Positions 60,809 to 64,000 of a DNA stretch of 64,000 nt are shown here, piece by piece. Under the pieces are notes generated by a model that was not told the origin of the DNA, searched no databases, and was given only the letters and a program-made list of their open reading frames with translations. Source of the DNA: Candidatus Fermentibacterota bacterium (lineage in GTDB: Bacteria > Fermentibacterota > Fermentibacteria > Fermentibacterales > JCC-6); contig CAWJQI010000004.1 of the NCBI GenBank assembly GCA_963845085.1, positions 480,001-544,000 on the forward strand, written 5' to 3'. The stretch's first letter is position 1. Each line of letters starts with the position of its first letter. The position numbers and the translations under genes are program-made.

Positions 60809-62118
60809 TTCGGATCCCCGATCACCGGCGCATCGCCCTGACCGGGCTCGACAGAACCGGTCTGAGCCCTTCCGGGCATCAGGCTTCTGAACTTGTAACA
60901 CCTGCAGAATGCGCCGAGGCTGAAAAAGGTGAACGACCCCCGTCGGAGCAGTGTGTCGCCGCCGATGCTCACAATGAGTATGGCAATAGTGCCGAGAACG
61001 GCCACATAGCCGATGTCCTCGACAAGGGAACCGGTGAACTTGAGCCTTATGCCCCTGAGGCAGCGGAACACGAAAACGAAGTAGATGATTACGCCGACCA
61101 GACCGGTTTCCATGAGAAGCAGTGCGAAACCGCTGTGCGCGGCGAGCGAGTATCCCATGGTTCCGGTATGCTCCTGACGGTAGGTTGACCATGATTCGAT
61201 CCCCCAGCCGAAAAGCGGCCTTTCACTGAAGCCGTCGAGTGCGATCCGGATGTTTTCGAGCCGCATGCCGGCATCGGGATTCTCCTGAAGGGTTCCGGTC
61301 TGAGCTGCGGATGAAAGCTGCTGTATGCGGGAAACCATTCTCTCGGTCTGCGTATTCTCGGGCAGCAGCGAGAATGCAAGCACTCCGAGTGCAGCCATCA
61401 GGGCGGTCCACCAGACCTTTCTTCTGTAGAAGGCAAGGATGAATACGTAGGCGGCTGTCGGCGTTCTTGCACCCGTCAGGAAGGTGGCCAGTGTGAGGAA
61501 GGCAAGGCCGGCAAGTGTGAACAGCTTCGAGCGGATCTTCTTCAGCGCATGGAAGAGCATCAGCACCATGGGCAGCATGAGAAGCCCGCTGCTGGCGGGA
61601 AGCTGGTAGTGAGGCACAGGGCCGAAAAAGCTCATCCCGGAGAAGAACGGAACCCAGGCCGGCATGTACGTGAAGATGTTGAACAGAAGCCCCGCCCCCA
61701 TTGAGACGAGAAACCAGATTATCTGCCGGCGCGTGCCGTTCAGAAGCGATGCGACGCAGAGAAGGAAGAAACCGAAATTGCCGACGTGCTCGAAAACGAT
61801 CTTGAAGCTCAGGACCCCGCTCAGTATTACGTGCGAGAAAACGATGTACAGGGCCAGCGTGAGCGTCGATGCCAGGATGCGCGTTGCTTTCAGAAGGGCG
61901 AGGGCATGCAGCACCGCCTTGTCTGACACAATGAGCAGAAGGAAGGCAAGATACGAGCGCATCCCCGAGCCGAGGATGGGAACCTCGAACTGGATCCCGC
62001 CCATTGTCATGAAGACGAGGATGTTGAACAGGATGAGCCTGGATCTGGACGACCCCTTTGAGGAAAGGGTCAGGAGGAGGATCGCAGCGATAAAGAAGTT
62101 GAAAAGAATGCCTGACAC
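60805..62118 (-). CDS. O-antigen ligase/polymerase (Wzy_C) family protein
   Basis: Multi-TM with TGAR, R......F.ERPLFGWG and AHS..LL.ETGLVG motifs. Confidence 0.85.
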   Translation of the reverse strand: MSGILFNFFIAAILLLTLSSKGSSRSRLILFNILVFMTMGGIQFEVPILGSGMRSYLAFLLLIVSDKAVLHALALLKATRILASTLTLALYIVFSHVILSGVLSFKIVFEHVGNFGFFLLCVASLLNGTRRQIIWFLVSMGAGLLFNIFTYMPAWVPFFSGMSFFGPVPHYQLPASSGLLMLPMVLMLFHALKKIRSKLFTLAGLAFLTLATFLTGARTPTAAYVFILAFYRRKVWWTALMAALGVLAFSLLPENTQTERMVSRIQQLSSAAQTGTLQENPDAGMRLENIRIALDGFSERPLFGWGIESWSTYRQEHTGTMGYSLAAHSGFALLLMETGLVGVIIYFVFVFRCLRGIRLKFTGSLVEDIGYVAVLGTIAILIVSIGGDTLLRRGSFTFFSLGAFCRCYKFRSLMPGRAQTGSVEPGQGDAPVIGDPK

Positions 62119-62131
62119 CGGTTCACGCCGC

Positions 62132-63229
62132 TCAATTCCCGGGGAAGCAGTTCAGCCGGGACATCATTATGGAGGCCACGACTTCCGACACATCCTTCCT
62201 CAGGTACTCGGCGGGAGGGGTCCAGGTTCGCGGCGAGTTCATGGCTTTCCGGACACACCTCGCCACATGTCCGGGCTCGACGCCTGAAAGGATGTTGCTG
62301 CCGCACTCGATGGTTTCAGGCCTTTCAGTCACATCCCTCAGTGTAACGTTTGCGGTCCTGAAGATGCAGCACTCCTCCTGGACGGTACCGCTGTCGGTCA
62401 GCACGCACGCGGCGTTCTTCTCGAGCCTTACGAAATCAAAGAAGCCGAACGGTTCATGGAACCTTATCAGGGGATTCCCGGGAAGCACGCCCAGAGAGGC
62501 AATTCTTGCCTTTGTGCGGGGGTGAACGCTCACGATCACCGGAAGCCCGTACTCGGCCTGGACCTGCGACAGGGATGCCAGTATGCCGAGGAGCCTTGAT
62601 TCGACGTCGACATTCTCAGCCCGGTGAGCGGTCACGAGGAAGTAGCCCCCGGTTTCCAGCCCGAGCTCCTCGATGATGCGGGACGAATCAATGGCCTCCG
62701 CATGCCGGGTTATCACCTCGAGTATGGGGTTCCCCGTGACGATGACCCTCTCCCCCGGAAATCCCTCCCGCAGAAGGTTCTCCCGGCTTCTTGCGGTGTA
62801 GGGCATAAGAACATCGCTGCAGGCATCCACGATCCGCCGGTTGACCTCTTCTGGAACCCTGTCGTCGAAGCACCTGTTCCCGGCTTCCATGTGGAAAACC
62901 GGGATGCCCATACGCTTCGCCATGTACACCGACAGAGCGCTGTTGGTGTCGCCCAGGACAAGGACGCGGTCGGGCCTCTCTTCACTGAAGACCTTCTCGC
63001 ACCCCTCGAGAATGCCGCCGACCTGGCGCCCGGGGCTCGATGTGTCCACCCCGAGGAACACGTCGGGCTTTCTGACACCCAGATCCCGGAAGAACACGTC
63101 GGAAAGACCGGGATCGGAGTTCTGCCCCGTGTGCACAAGCAGTTGCGTGCACAACCCGTCAAGCCTACCGATCAGCACGGAGAGCCTGATTATCTCAGGC
63201 CTTGTGCCGAGCACCGTCGCTATCTTCAC
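62132..63229 (-). CDS. UDP-N-acetylhexosamine 2-epimerase (WecB/FnlC-like)
   Basis: GTRPE, HTGQ, LGDTNS, HMEAGNR, PEE.NR, HRAEN, TDSGTVQEE and TERPE motifs. Confidence 0.93.
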   Translation of the reverse strand: MKIATVLGTRPEIIRLSVLIGRLDGLCTQLLVHTGQNSDPGLSDVFFRDLGVRKPDVFLGVDTSSPGRQVGGILEGCEKVFSEERPDRVLVLGDTNSALSVYMAKRMGIPVFHMEAGNRCFDDRVPEEVNRRIVDACSDVLMPYTARSRENLLREGFPGERVIVTGNPILEVITRHAEAIDSSRIIEELGLETGGYFLVTAHRAENVDVESRLLGILASLSQVQAEYGLPVIVSVHPRTKARIASLGVLPGNPLIRFHEPFGFFDFVRLEKNAACVLTDSGTVQEECCIFRTANVTLRDVTERPETIECGSNILSGVEPGHVARCVRKAMNSPRTWTPPAEYLRKDVSEVVASIMMSRLNCFPGN

Positions 63230-64000
63230 CTCAGAAGCTCCCCGTCCCCGGACCCGGCCTGGTCGGGCATGAGCCCGTGCCTGCGCAGGAGGCCACCCAG
63301 CTGCTCCCGGCTCACGAGCGAATCCGCGGAGCTGTACTCCCTGCCGATGTACGGGCCTTCGGCCTCAGCTGCCCTTATTTCGGGCAGGATCGATCCAATC
63401 GCGTAGAAGTTCTTCCCCTTTTCGACGGTCCGGCCGGCTTCCTCCTCAGAAACAAGTATCTCGTGAATCTTCTCTCCGGGACGTATGCCGGTCGTAACGA
63501 TGGAGATCGGCCTGCCTTCGATAAGCACTTCGGCGAGGTCGATCATCCTTGCCGACGGAACCCTGGGAATCCAGGTCTCGCCCGGAACGCCATCCCGTAT
63601 CGCGGCGAAAACAGTGTCGACAGCATCATCGAGGCTCAAAAGGAACCTCGTCATGTCCCTCGTCGTTATCGTGACGGGACCGCCGGAACGGATCTGGCTG
63701 AGAAAAAGAGGGATGACCGAGCCCCTCGAAGCGAGCACATTCCCATAGCGCACACAGATGAACCTGGTGGACGGATTCCTCATGTTGCCCTGAAGGAAGA
63801 GCCTTTCCTGTATGGCTTTGGTCATGCCCATAACGTTTACGGGCTTGCAGGCCTTGTCGGTGGATATCCCGACTACGGTTTCAACGGGAAGCCTGTGCTC
63901 CCGTATGGCCCTTATGATGTTCTCGGGACCGGCGATGTTCGTCTGCACGGCCTCGAACGGAAAATACTCGCAGGTCGGGACCTGTTTCAGGGCGGCGGCG
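63226..64000 (-). CDS. UDP-GlcNAc 4,6-dehydratase (FnlA/CapE-like), 5' part outside the window
   Basis: AALKQVPTCE, STDKA, MGMTKA, VRYGNVLASRGSVIP, MTRF and RPGEKIHE motifs. Confidence 0.9.
   Translation of the reverse strand, partial: AAALKQVPTCEYFPFEAVQTNIAGPENIIRAIREHRLPVETVVGISTDKACKPVNVMGMTKAIQERLFLQGNMRNPSTRFICVRYGNVLASRGSVIPLFLSQIRSGGPVTITTRDMTRFLLSLDDAVDTVFAAIRDGVPGETWIPRVPSARMIDLAEVLIEGRPISIVTTGIRPGEKIHEILVSEEEAGRTVEKGKNFYAIGSILPEIRAAEAEGPYIGREYSSADSLVSREQLGGLLRRHGLMPDQAGSGDGELLR

Overview
A gene-dense, GC-rich bacterial chromosome segment of about 50 CDS. I found no rRNA, tRNA, CRISPR array or transposase. It is dominated by cell-surface glycan genes: rfbB, rmd-like, gmd, rfbA, a vio-type aminotransferase/acyltransferase pair with fabH/fabG, fnlA/fnlC-like genes, Wzx, an O-antigen ligase/polymerase, GT2/GT4 and three GT-C-like membrane proteins. 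It also encodes four secreted proteins with T9SS-type/FlgD-Ig C-terminal domains (two PorZ-like propellers, a C25 gingipain, a BNR propeller), plus murB, sat, sppA, addBA, a PlpD-like patatin, a FIST/hybrid kinase pair, an Orn/Lys/Arg decarboxylase and a cyclase-STAND-TPR protein. The gene content suggests a diderm FCB-group organism outside Bacteroidota, possibly Fermentibacterota-like; this is an unverified inference. Best leads: (1) the BNR propeller gene at 45659-47850 is split by one in-frame TGA followed by a perfect SECIS-like hairpin, so it is a candidate secreted selenoprotein; (2) a 140-bp palindromic element at 16756-16895, with a solo arm at 40783-40805, supplies the C-termini and stop codons of three unrelated genes; (3) PorZ-like paralogues sit inside a glycan operon with a FemAB/VimA-like acyltransferase, next to an SppA fused to a PorV/FadL-like barrel, which suggests a T9SS-like cargo attachment system. 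Three single-base frameshifts, two of them in G5 tracts, probably reflect assembly errors.
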